This document shows, piece by piece, positions 9,646 to 17,854 of a stretch of 28,026 nucleotides of DNA. The DNA lies in NCBI GenBank assembly GCA_964521765.1, contig CAZFTV010000002.1:9330-37355 (forward strand), in the 5' to 3' direction. Positions within the stretch are counted from its first letter, which is position 1, and each line of letters starts with the position of its first letter. The notes beneath the pieces are model-generated. The model was given only the letters and a program-made list of their open reading frames with translations. It was not told where the DNA came from and did not search any database. Origin of the DNA: an uncultured Eubacteriales bacterium. GTDB lineage: Bacteria; Acidobacteriota; Aminicenantia; Aminicenantales; JAFGAV01. Made by a program: the position numbers and the translations under genes.

Positions 9646-11022
9646 GTGAACGTCAATCCCGCCATTTTCAGGGAATACGATATCCGGGGCATCGTGGATA
9701 AGGACCTGACGCCCGGGGTCGTCGAGGCCCTGGGCCGGGGGCTGGGCACCTATTTCCGGCGGCACAACGCCCGTGAGGTCGCGGTGGGCCGGGACGTGCG
9801 CCTGAGCTCGCCCTCCTATTTCGTGGCGCTGGCCCGCGGGCTCCTGTCCACGGGCTGCGACGTCGTGGACCTGGGCGTCGTCCCCACGCCCCTGCTCTAC
9901 TTCGCCATCTTCAACAACAGGAAGGAAGCGGGGGTCATGATCACGGGCTCCCACAACCCGCCCGAGTACAACGGCTTCAAGGTCATGCTGGGCGAGGAGG
10001 CCGTCTTCGGCCCCATGATCCAGGAAATCGGCGGGATCGTCCGGAGCGGCGATTTCGTCGAGGACCGCCCGGGCCGGCGCTCGACGCTCGACGTCGTGCC
10101 CGAGTATCAGGCTCATCTTCTGGGGAACCTCAAGCTCGAGCGGCCGCTCAAGGTCGTCGTGGACGCCGGCAACGGGACGGGAGGTGTCGTGGCCGTCCCG
10201 ATCTTTGAGAAGCTGGGCGCCGAAGTCATCCCCCTCTTCTGCGACATGGACGGCCGATTCCCCAACCATCATCCCGACCCGACCCTGCCCGAGGCCATGC
10301 AGCACCTCATCCGCAAAGTGGCCGAAACGGGCGCCGAGGCCGGCATCGCCTTCGACGGCGACGCCGACCGCATCGGCGTCGTGGACGACAGGGGGAAAAT
10401 CCTCTGGGGCGACCAGCTCATGATCCTCTTCGCCCGCGACATCCTGTCGAGGCAGCCCGGGGCGGCGGTCATCGCCGAGGTCAAGTCGAGCAAGCTCCTC
10501 TTCGAGGAGGTGGCCAGGCTCGGCGGACGTCCGATCATGTGGAAGACGGGCCACTCCCTGATCAAGAAGAAGATCAAGGAGGAGCGGGCGGCCCTGGCCG
10601 GCGAGATGAGCGGGCACATTTTTTTCGCCGACCGCTACTTCGGGTTCGACGACGCCATCTACGCCTCGGGCCGGCTGCTCGAGATCCTGTCCCGGACGCG
10701 GCGCAGTCTTTCGGAGCTCCTGTCCGACCTGCCGGTCACCTACAGCACCCCAGAGATCCGGGTCTACGCCTCGGACGAGGTCAAGTTCAAGATCGTGGAC
10801 GAGGTGAGGCGGGCGCTCGCCGGCCGCTACCCGGTCGTCGACATCGACGGCGTCCGGGCCGAGTTGCCCGGCGGCTGGGCCCTGGTGCGGGCCTCGAACA
10901 CCCAGGCGGTGCTCGTCATGCGCTTCGAGGCCGAGACGCCGGAGGCTTTGGCCGCCATCCAGAAAGAGGTCAAGGCGGAGGTCGAGGCGGTCATCAAGGG
11001 GCTGAACGGCGGCGGAGCATGA
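9646..11022 (+). CDS. Phosphomannomutase/phosphoglucomutase
   Basis: FREYDIRG, phosphoserine loop ITGSHNP, metal loop FDGDADR, sugar loop GEMSGH, VRASNT. GTG start. Confidence 0.94.
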   Translation: MNVNPAIFREYDIRGIVDKDLTPGVVEALGRGLGTYFRRHNAREVAVGRDVRLSSPSYFVALARGLLSTGCDVVDLGVVPTPLLYFAIFNNRKEAGVMITGSHNPPEYNGFKVMLGEEAVFGPMIQEIGGIVRSGDFVEDRPGRRSTLDVVPEYQAHLLGNLKLERPLKVVVDAGNGTGGVVAVPIFEKLGAEVIPLFCDMDGRFPNHHPDPTLPEAMQHLIRKVAETGAEAGIAFDGDADRIGVVDDRGKILWGDQLMILFARDILSRQPGAAVIAEVKSSKLLFEEVARLGGRPIMWKTGHSLIKKKIKEERAALAGEMSGHIFFADRYFGFDDAIYASGRLLEILSRTRRSLSELLSDLPVTYSTPEIRVYASDEVKFKIVDEVRRALAGRYPVVDIDGVRAELPGGWALVRASNTQAVLVMRFEAETPEALAAIQKEVKAEVEAVIKGLNGGGA

Positions 11023-12116
11023 AACTCGACATCCGCGTGGTTGTCATGGCCGGCGGGAGCGGCACGCGTTTCTGGCCGCTCAGCCGCGGAAGCCGGCCCA
11101 AGCAGTTTCTGCCCATCGCGGGCGAAAGGTCCATGCTGGAGGAGACCGTGGAGCGGCTCCTTCCGCTCGTTCCGGCGCGGAAGATTTTCACCGTGGCCGA
11201 TGCGGCCAAGACCCGGACGATCCGCCGGCTGCTCCCGGGATTCCCGGCCCGGAACCTCCTTGTCGAGCCCGAGGGCCGGAACACGGCGCCATCGCTCGTC
11301 CTGGCCACGGCGCGCATCCACCTGGACAATCCCGAGGCGGTCGTCGTCGTCCTACCCTCGGACCACCTCATCCGGCCGGCCGATCTCTTCCGGAGACAGC
11401 TCGAGGCCGGGTGCCGGGCCGCGGCCGAGCGAGGAGTCCTGGTCACCTTCGGCATCCCTCCCACGTTTCCCTCCACGGGCTACGGCTATATAAAAGCCGC
11501 GGCCAAACCCGCGGGCCGGGTCAATGGCTTCCCTTATCATGAAGTCCGGTCTTTCGAGGAAAAGCCGCCGCTCGAAAGAGCCCGCCGGTTCGTCCGCGCC
11601 GGGACCTACACCTGGAACTCGGGCATGTTCATCTGGCGGGCGGACGTCTTCGCCGGGAAGCTGAAAAGGCATTCTCCGGAGTACGCCCCCGGCTGGGACA
11701 GAATGCTCGCCGCTCTCCGGAAGGATGACCGTCGGGCGGCGAACGCCGCGTTCAAGACGATGCCGGCAAAATCCATCGACTACGCCCTTATGGAGAAGGC
11801 TTCCGGCGTGCTCGTCCTTCCGGCCCGTTTCGGCTGGTCGGACGTCGGCGCCTGGTCGTCGCTCCTCGACGTCTGGCCCCGCGACGAGCGGGGCAATACC
11901 GCGCGCGGCGAGATCCTGGCCCTGGATGCCTCGGGGAACCTCATTTACAACCCGGGCCGGTTCACGGCCCTGATCGGCGTCGATAATCTCATCGTCGTCG
12001 AGACGGGCGACGCCCTGCTCGTCTGCCGCCGCGACCAGGACCAGCGCGTCAAGGACGTCCTCGCGAATCTCAAGCGCCGCAAGAAGGGGTCGCGTCTACA
12101 CTTTCCACTTTTTTAA
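11019..12116 (+). CDS. manC: Mannose-1-phosphate guanylyltransferase, monofunctional (start re-assigned to ATG 11019)
   Basis: MAGGSGTRFWPLSR..PKQFL, EPEGRNTAP, PSDH, WNSGMF, SIDYALME, GWSDVGAW. No C-terminal cupin domain. ATGA overlap with the mutase. Confidence 0.93.
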   Translation: MKLDIRVVVMAGGSGTRFWPLSRGSRPKQFLPIAGERSMLEETVERLLPLVPARKIFTVADAAKTRTIRRLLPGFPARNLLVEPEGRNTAPSLVLATARIHLDNPEAVVVVLPSDHLIRPADLFRRQLEAGCRAAAERGVLVTFGIPPTFPSTGYGYIKAAAKPAGRVNGFPYHEVRSFEEKPPLERARRFVRAGTYTWNSGMFIWRADVFAGKLKRHSPEYAPGWDRMLAALRKDDRRAANAAFKTMPAKSIDYALMEKASGVLVLPARFGWSDVGAWSSLLDVWPRDERGNTARGEILALDASGNLIYNPGRFTALIGVDNLIVVETGDALLVCRRDQDQRVKDVLANLKRRKKGSRLHFPLF

Positions 12117-12229
12117 TCGGCCAACTTTCTGCCTCGAAATAAACCTCGCCGATCATTTGTGTCCCAGGATTTTCCGGGGCTCCTATTTGTCAAGCACTTA
12201 TGAATAGTGGAAAGTGTAGACGCGACCCC
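12086..12229. mobile_element. 144-bp MITE-like element with perfect 24-bp terminal inverted repeats
   Basis: GGGGTCGCGTCTACACTTTCCACT (12086-12109) and its exact reverse complement AGTGGAAAGTGTAGACGCGACCCC (12206-12229). The 96-bp interior has no ORF. Confidence 0.8.
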
Positions 12230-12241
12230 GTCTTCTATTGC

Positions 12242-14620
12242 CTAGTTATTCTCTTTCTTCTTCCGGGTTAATTCGAAACTCACCGTAACCGTTGAGGGGA
12301 TTCCAAGATGGCTTAAAAGGGTATCAATGCCGGTGGCAGCATAGAAGTTTTCAGAATCATGCGTTCCCTCAGATCCGTCACCCCTGAATGTCCTCGATCC
12401 GAAGATACCGTCTTTCGAAGCTTTTCCCGTGATAATGAAAGCGCCGCTCATTAAGCCGCGATAATCACAAGTTCCTATATGACCTTTGACATGATACACT
12501 CTTTCCTCTAACCAGTATTGAGGCATGGGATGGCGTTCACTTTCTCTGCAAACAGGCTTGCCGTTTTCGTAATCAATGTCGCGGAATGTCACGAGGCCCC
12601 CGGTTGGCGGGAGCAAGTGGATGTCAATGTATATCTGGTAGGTATCCTCTGCATCGACGGCCAGAGATACGTGCGCAAATGCCTTGCCGGGCACATGGGG
12701 AACGGATTCCCCCTCGGGCACCTTCTCCATAAGGCCGGAACCGCCAAAATCTGCCTGCTCGGTAACGCATCCTTCAGTTGTTGATGAGTAGCGATATTCT
12801 ATCAGGTTATAGGAACCGGAGAGAGATTGCATTTCATAATCAAATGCAGTCTCTTTGTTCTTTTCAAAGTCGACGATGATACGGACTCGCTCCTTGAAAG
12901 CCAATTTAATAGTATTATTGTCTATGCTGTGTTTGCCGTCGACGTCTCGGGTAAAGGTAATCGTGCCGGACCATTCACTGCATGGCTCGGAAGAAGGATC
13001 GATTTCAATCTTGCCGTCGAGGGTTGATTCGCTTCCATTGCTTACAATAAGCGTCAGGTTGACAAGTCTCTCATCAGCCTTGTCCAGGCAGAAGGTAATC
13101 TTGGACTCGCTGCTCCAGTGGCGCACCTCCGCACTTCTCCCTTCGATCGTGACAATGGCATCCACGCCGGCTCCAGGTCTGCTGATTATGTCCTCGAGAA
13201 CAACTGTTATCTTGTGAATGCCCTCGCCGACAGGGACACCGACATAGTAGTAACGGGCAGCGAGACGCTGAATAGGTTCGTCGATTGTCTCTTTTTTGTC
13301 TTTTGAAAGCTCGATTTCTTTTGTGAGTGAAGGGCTAAGATCGGGAAATTCCGGGTCAGGCTGCGAATAGGTCGGACTCACCGGCTCAAAGTTCCAGTTG
13401 CGGAGAGCAAATTCTCGGAAGTTGTCCTTGAGTGAAAAGACTGCATCGACGGCCTTAATGCCGTCTTTCGTCCTTGCGGACTCCCAGACCTGACGAACAA
13501 TACCGTCGTTTCTTTCCATCTGGGCAAAGAGAAAAAAAAGATATGAGCCGTATTGTTGTATCCTCACTCCTGAATATGCTTGGATGGACTCTCCTTTGCT
13601 GTCCAGGGGCTGATTGAGCGCATTGAAAAAGTACGGAAGAGTCCTATGCACATCCCCCAGATCATCTCCCAACATCTGCAAGACCCGGAATTCCGCCCAG
13701 GTAGCCGTTGCTTCCATCAGCCAACTGTTTTCCATTCGGTCATAGCTGAATTGGCTCACGTGGAACAGTTCATGAGCAAGGGTCCCGTTAAGGGAGCTGC
13801 CGCTGGCGGAGGAATCGATGACAACATATCCGCTCGAAGACAGAAAATCTTCCGGATCGCATGGGATAGCCCATCCAGATGCTCCAATGAAAGTGCATCC
13901 TTTGGTCGATCGGTTGCGCAGGCAGTCCCGCATACGGGGATTCCTCCCGCCCAGAGGCACAACATAAATATCAATGGCTTGGTCAGGGTTTATGAGTGAC
14001 GACGGGTCTCCTGGCTTATCCGGCAACGGTTCATTAATAAGGTTGATAAGAAGCGGCCAGATCGCTTCTACCCTGCCGGCATAGGTCAACGAGGCGTTTC
14101 TTGGATCGCGTCGCGTCCAGATTCTGACTTTGCCCCCAACCGCTGTCTCCGAACTCCAACCTTCATCCGCCCATAAAGCCGGAACCGCAGCGGCGAAATC
14201 AACATATCCCGATTGGGGTTTATTGAAGATGCTGATGGGATCGTTGGGGCGCGCCATGAAGGGTGCCAGTTCTTTGAGCGCAGATTGGCTCAGCTGATCC
14301 CTTTTTGCCTTGACCTCTGCAAAAATGACCGTAGCGGCATCCAGGTCTATGACATCCCTTTTATACTTCTCGGGCAAACGGGGATCACTGAATACCGCAT
14401 ACGTACGATAGAGCAAAGAAGTTTCATAATCGATCTCCTTTGCCGCCAGCGCTTTGGCGATGAGATCCTCGCTTGTGATAATTTGTTTGGTTTCGACCTT
14501 CTTTTGGGCTTTTGTTGATTCCTGTGGCTTAGGGCCAAACACTCCCTTCAACCAAAAGCCGATTGCAGCGAGAGCTATAAGAACGACAACCGCAACGATT
14601 GCATTTCGTATGCGTTTCAT
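12242..14620 (-). CDS. N-terminally membrane-anchored putative zinc metallopeptidase (HExxH...E), 792 aa
   Basis: Basic N-terminus plus hydrophobic segment (MKRIRNAIVAVVVLIALAAIGFWL), TLAHELFHVSQFSY followed by WLMEATATWAE (gluzincin-like third ligand), beta-rich C-terminus. AAGGAG RBS; AT-richer than the core genes. Confidence 0.7.
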   Translation of the reverse strand: MKRIRNAIVAVVVLIALAAIGFWLKGVFGPKPQESTKAQKKVETKQIITSEDLIAKALAAKEIDYETSLLYRTYAVFSDPRLPEKYKRDVIDLDAATVIFAEVKAKRDQLSQSALKELAPFMARPNDPISIFNKPQSGYVDFAAAVPALWADEGWSSETAVGGKVRIWTRRDPRNASLTYAGRVEAIWPLLINLINEPLPDKPGDPSSLINPDQAIDIYVVPLGGRNPRMRDCLRNRSTKGCTFIGASGWAIPCDPEDFLSSSGYVVIDSSASGSSLNGTLAHELFHVSQFSYDRMENSWLMEATATWAEFRVLQMLGDDLGDVHRTLPYFFNALNQPLDSKGESIQAYSGVRIQQYGSYLFFLFAQMERNDGIVRQVWESARTKDGIKAVDAVFSLKDNFREFALRNWNFEPVSPTYSQPDPEFPDLSPSLTKEIELSKDKKETIDEPIQRLAARYYYVGVPVGEGIHKITVVLEDIISRPGAGVDAIVTIEGRSAEVRHWSSESKITFCLDKADERLVNLTLIVSNGSESTLDGKIEIDPSSEPCSEWSGTITFTRDVDGKHSIDNNTIKLAFKERVRIIVDFEKNKETAFDYEMQSLSGSYNLIEYRYSSTTEGCVTEQADFGGSGLMEKVPEGESVPHVPGKAFAHVSLAVDAEDTYQIYIDIHLLPPTGGLVTFRDIDYENGKPVCRESERHPMPQYWLEERVYHVKGHIGTCDYRGLMSGAFIITGKASKDGIFGSRTFRGDGSEGTHDSENFYAATGIDTLLSHLGIPSTVTVSFELTRKKKENN

Positions 14621-14835
14621 TTCAGGCTCCTTAGGGTTCTGTTCGGTCTACTAATTGCTTCGGCCAAAAGGGCTTTCGAGTATTGAAGTGCTCGCTGACC
14701 TGCCCCCTAATATGGTACCAGCCCTCGAGCGATATTTTCAATCGCCGGACCCTCACCCGAAAACTGGTCCAGCCAAAAGTGAAGTTATTTGGCTTTGATT
14801 CAATGCATATTTATCCGCGAACCGGCTCGGTGTCA

Positions 14836-14874
14836 AGTCTCCGATCAAACTGTGGAGGCGAAGCACACGGCGGC
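14836..14874 (+). repeat. 39-bp direct repeat, copy 1
   Basis: AGTCTCCGATCAAACTGTGGAGGCGAAGCACACGGCGGC, identical to 17854-17892. Confidence 0.95.
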
Positions 14875-15674
14875 GGCCGTTGGTCATGATGAACTCGGCC
14901 GCCCGGCCGATTTTAAACCTTCACCCCACCTCCATTTCCTGGTGACCGAGGGTGGGGTGGACGAGGCGGGGATCTTCCATAAGATCCCCCAAATCGACGA
15001 CTTACAGCTTGAGGAGCTTTTCGCTCGGGAGGTGTTGTCCGATCTTGTGCGCAAAGAGTTGCTGATCCCGGAATGGACCGAGAGAGGATTCTATCCTGGC
15101 GGCACACAGGCTTCTCAGTCCATAGCTTGGTTCGGGCCACGACCAAGCCGGTGGCCGAGCGGGTGGGCAAATATATGATCCGGCCGCTCTTGGCCCTGGA
15201 CCGCCTTTCTTTCGTAGAGCCTGCGGGCAAGGTGGGATACCGATATGGCCAAGGCGCCCGCGAGACCGAGAAGATGGGTTATTTGGAGTTCATCGCGCGG
15301 GTCACCTCTCATATTCCCGATAAGGGCCAGGTCATGGTCCGCAACTATGGCCTCTACGCCAATGCTCATCGAGGGAAAATCAGGAAGGCGAGCTTGACGG
15401 CTTTTCCCCTCCGGATCGTCGAGGAAAAGCTTCGGCGCGTCCCCTCCAAGGGCTGGGGGCCATGATCCGGAAGGTCTACGAGATCGACCCGATGGTCTGC
15501 CTCCGGTGCGGTGGCACGATGAAGGTCGTCGCCTTCCTCACGGAGCACGTTGTCGTAGACCGGATCATCAGCCACATGAAGCTGATATTCATTGCCGACA
15601 AGCCCCCGCCGCCCCGGGCCGCCTTCCAGGAATATCTTCTAGACGCTGATCCCCAGGTCGATTATATTTTGTGA
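14875..15674 (+). pseudogene. IS91/ISCR-like rolling-circle (HUH) transposase remnant, 5'-truncated and frameshifted
   Basis: HUH motif PHLHFLVTEGG, then ERILSWRH.GFSV, KYMIRP, LEFIARVTSHIPDKGQVMVRNYGLYAN, and the tail MIRKVYEIDPMVCLRCGG.MK. Frameshifts: an extra AG in GAGAGAGG near 15081-15088 and a G-run at about 15455-15459. The N-terminal Zn-binding domain is absent. Confidence 0.88.
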
Positions 15675-15762
15675 GTGTTTTCAGGGGGGAAATGTTTGTC
15701 TGATTTCCGCCTCCTCGGGCGCCCCTGACGCTCTCCTGCTTTATCCCACAAATCAAGTCCTT

Positions 15763-15871
15763 CTTGACAGGTTCCAGACCCCCCTTGTGTATTCTCTTAT
15801 GATGATTGGAGGGGATTCCCGAGGTAATAACGTGTCTGCAAAGCGGCGCAGCAGAAAAAGAATTTCTTATC
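15763..15871 (+). repeat. IS91-like ori-end region, copy A (109 bp)
   Basis: Follows the transposase 3' end and finishes AAAAAGAATTTCTTATC, resembling IS91/ISCR oriIS termini (A/T-TTCCTAT-type, recalled). It aligns without gaps to the reverse complement of 16673-16781 at 77/109 positions. Confidence 0.7.
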
Positions 15872-16598
15872 AATTCTCAGAACGCACTACACGAACATAG
15901 GCGTCGTCGAAAAGAGGGATGCTGACTATATTACCTTCATCGAAGTAAACCACCCACGCATCGAATGGACCATATTGATCACCGGTCCACATATTCTCCT
16001 GAATTCCTATAAAGAGAGGGTCGATGTATAAGTAAAAATTCTTTTTGCTGCTCTCAATCAGCGATGCCCCCTCCTCTAGGGTTGGTAGTCGCCAGTCATG
16101 GTATCCTGCATATCCCTTCTGGTTTAAATTCTCAATCCAATTTCGAGCATCATCAAACGTCTTCCTATCTGAAGACGCCACATGCTGCCACATCAGCCCC
16201 GTGGCATGGTCATTGACAACCAGATCACTATTAATATATTTTCTCTCAAACTTGTTTTTAAACGTCTTTGATTTGTGCCACCTTGAATCATAAAACCCAT
16301 GTTTATTCAGCATGGATTCAACTTCATAAGTTGTCAGATTTTTATATTCGTAACGGAGTCGAGAAGTGGGAATATGAGTCCGAGATTCAAGTTTTGTTTC
16401 TGAAGTTTTATTTTCAAACAAGATGTTTGCTATTAATATAGTTGTTATTACTATTATTATAACTAAAGTTAAAATGAACCACTGTTTTCTAGTTCCGGGT
16501 ATTACAGTTAGCCTTCCTCCACATTTAGGACAGATTTTATAAGGACCACCTGATAGTGTTAAAAAAGGATTTCCACATTTGCTGCAGTGTTGTCCCAT
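15870..16598 (-). CDS. Zinc-ribbon + transmembrane + Lcl C-terminal (DUF1566) domain protein
   Basis: CSKC...CPKC at the N-terminus, TM WFILTLVIIIVITTILIANILF, and DUF1566 motifs VVNDHATGLMWQ, GYAGYHDWRLPTLEE, WVVYF..G and terminal VRVVR. Strongly AT-rich. Confidence 0.85.
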   Translation of the reverse strand: MGQHCSKCGNPFLTLSGGPYKICPKCGGRLTVIPGTRKQWFILTLVIIIVITTILIANILFENKTSETKLESRTHIPTSRLRYEYKNLTTYEVESMLNKHGFYDSRWHKSKTFKNKFERKYINSDLVVNDHATGLMWQHVASSDRKTFDDARNWIENLNQKGYAGYHDWRLPTLEEGASLIESSKKNFYLYIDPLFIGIQENMWTGDQYGPFDAWVVYFDEGNIVSIPLFDDAYVRVVRSEN

Positions 16599-16672
16599 TT
16601 TAAAACCTCTTTATTTCATAAAAAGACACGCCCAAGTTCTCAGGAAAGTCGAAGAGATTCTCTTATAATTTC

Positions 16673-16781
16673 GACAAGCATTTCCTTTTTGGCTGAGCCC
16701 CTTTGAAGCCGCGTAGTTTTCGCGGTCGTCCCCTCCCTCCATCGTGAGGGATTATAAAGGGAGGGGCGGGAACCTGTCAAG
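16673..16781 (-). repeat. IS91-like ori-end region, copy B (109 bp, inverted)
   Basis: The minus strand starts CTTGACAGGTTCC and ends CAAAGGGGCTCAGCCAAAAAGGAAATGCTTGTC. It is colinear with copy A (77/109 identical, no gaps). Confidence 0.7.
16751..16780 (-). promoter_or_regulatory. Consensus sigma70 promoter pointing at the DUF1566 gene
   Basis: The minus strand reads TTGACA-18 bp-TATAAT (both hexamers perfect), about 150 nt upstream of the ATG at 16598. Confidence 0.7.
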
Positions 16782-16785
16782 GACG

Positions 16786-17854
16786 TGAACAGGTCCACTA
16801 CATGGGCAACACTTTCCGTCTGGAGTTGCGTTTCCACTGCCGATAATATTGGTAAGGGGTCAAGTAATCAAGGGACTCGTGCGGCCGGATGCGGTTATAG
16901 GTGTGCTCCCACTCGGCCAGCTGCCGGGTTATGCTCCTCAAGGTCCAGGTCGACGTCGTAAACCTCATAGAGCTCCTCCCCGTGGGTTCGATTCGACCTC
17001 TCCACGTGCCCATTGAGTTTGGGAGACTTGGGCGGAAGGACGAAGAGAGGGATCTTCTTGGCTTGGCATTCCATCTCGAACTGGTCCTTGAACTCTGATC
17101 CGCCATCGATCTGGATGGCCTTGAGAGGAAGTGGGCCGCCTTGAGGCTCGACTGATGCTTATAAGCCCGGATCGCATCGAAACGGCAGACGACATCCCGT
17201 GCCGAGAACTGATATCGGGTCTCGTTGGGCAGGAGCTTGATCTGAACGGTATCGACTTCGACCAGGTCCCCGGGCGCCTCGATCCGATAGTCCTTAGGCT
17301 TCCTTATGGCATAGCGGGGCTTCCTCCGGCGCCTCCGGGCCAGCTTGGCCTGGGTCACGTTCAAGGGCTCGACTAGAACACCGCGGGCTTTGAGCCGGTT
17401 CATCACCCGGCCGACGGTCGAGGCCGAGACCTTGATCCCCTCCCGCCCCAGAAGGACAACCAACTTCTTCTTGCCCCAGCGGGGATATCGGGTCCGCAGT
17501 TCCAGGATCCGCTCCACGACCTCCAACGGCGTCTGAGGCTGTCGAACATGTCGGGGTCGCCGGCTCTCTTCCTCCAGGGTGGTCAGGTCATAAGGGTCGA
17601 ACCTCCGTTTCCAGCGGTAGAAGGTCTTGGGGGAGATGCCGAAGTATCGGCAACTGAGCCTGGCGTTCCGAAGACGGGCATAATGGTCCATCCAGCGGAG
17701 CTTCTTGGCCGCTTCAGCGGAGATCGTCCCCTGGCGGACCAGGGACCGGATGTACTCTGAACCTGGGATTAGGGAGCCGTAAGTCGTTGTCGCCCGTAAA
17801 TACATGGTGCCACCATATTACCCCAGGTGTTTCCCATGTTTCTGGACCTGTTCA
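16786..17854 (-). mobile_element. IS481-family insertion sequence (1069 bp), inactive
   Basis: Imperfect terminal IRs TGAACAGGTCCACTACATGGGCAACAC (16786-16812) and TGAACAGGTCCAGAAACATGGGAAACAC (reverse complement of 17827-17854) enclose one HTH + integrase-core ORF. No target-site duplication is visible. Confidence 0.8.
16798..17805 (-). pseudogene. IS481-family DDE transposase with two compensating frameshifts
   Basis: HTH segments (ISPKTFYRWKRR, PRWGKKKL, SASTVGRV), first Asp LVEVDT and tail YNRIRPHESL are in frame. KAIQIDGGSEF...NGHVER is present only in a shifted frame between about 17123 and 16927. Confidence 0.85.

Noticed and set aside
10539-11018. N-terminal extension of the manC ORF (and similar extensions of the pyrG, kdsA and sdhA ORFs)
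   Set aside because: They overlap the upstream genes in another frame. Homology starts at the downstream ATGs that overlap the preceding stops.
13752-13767. parS-like TGGCTCACGTGGAACA
   Set aside because: Two mismatches in one arm, and fully explained by the codons of the HELFHVS zinc motif.
15741-15750. TTATCCCACA as a DnaA box
   Set aside because: It has an extra C relative to TTATCCACA, is isolated, and lies within the IS91-like remnant. No box cluster or oriC is seen in the window.
15870-16598. Active diversity-generating retroelement
   Set aside because: No reverse transcriptase, avd gene or template repeat in the window; kept only as an orphan-target hypothesis.
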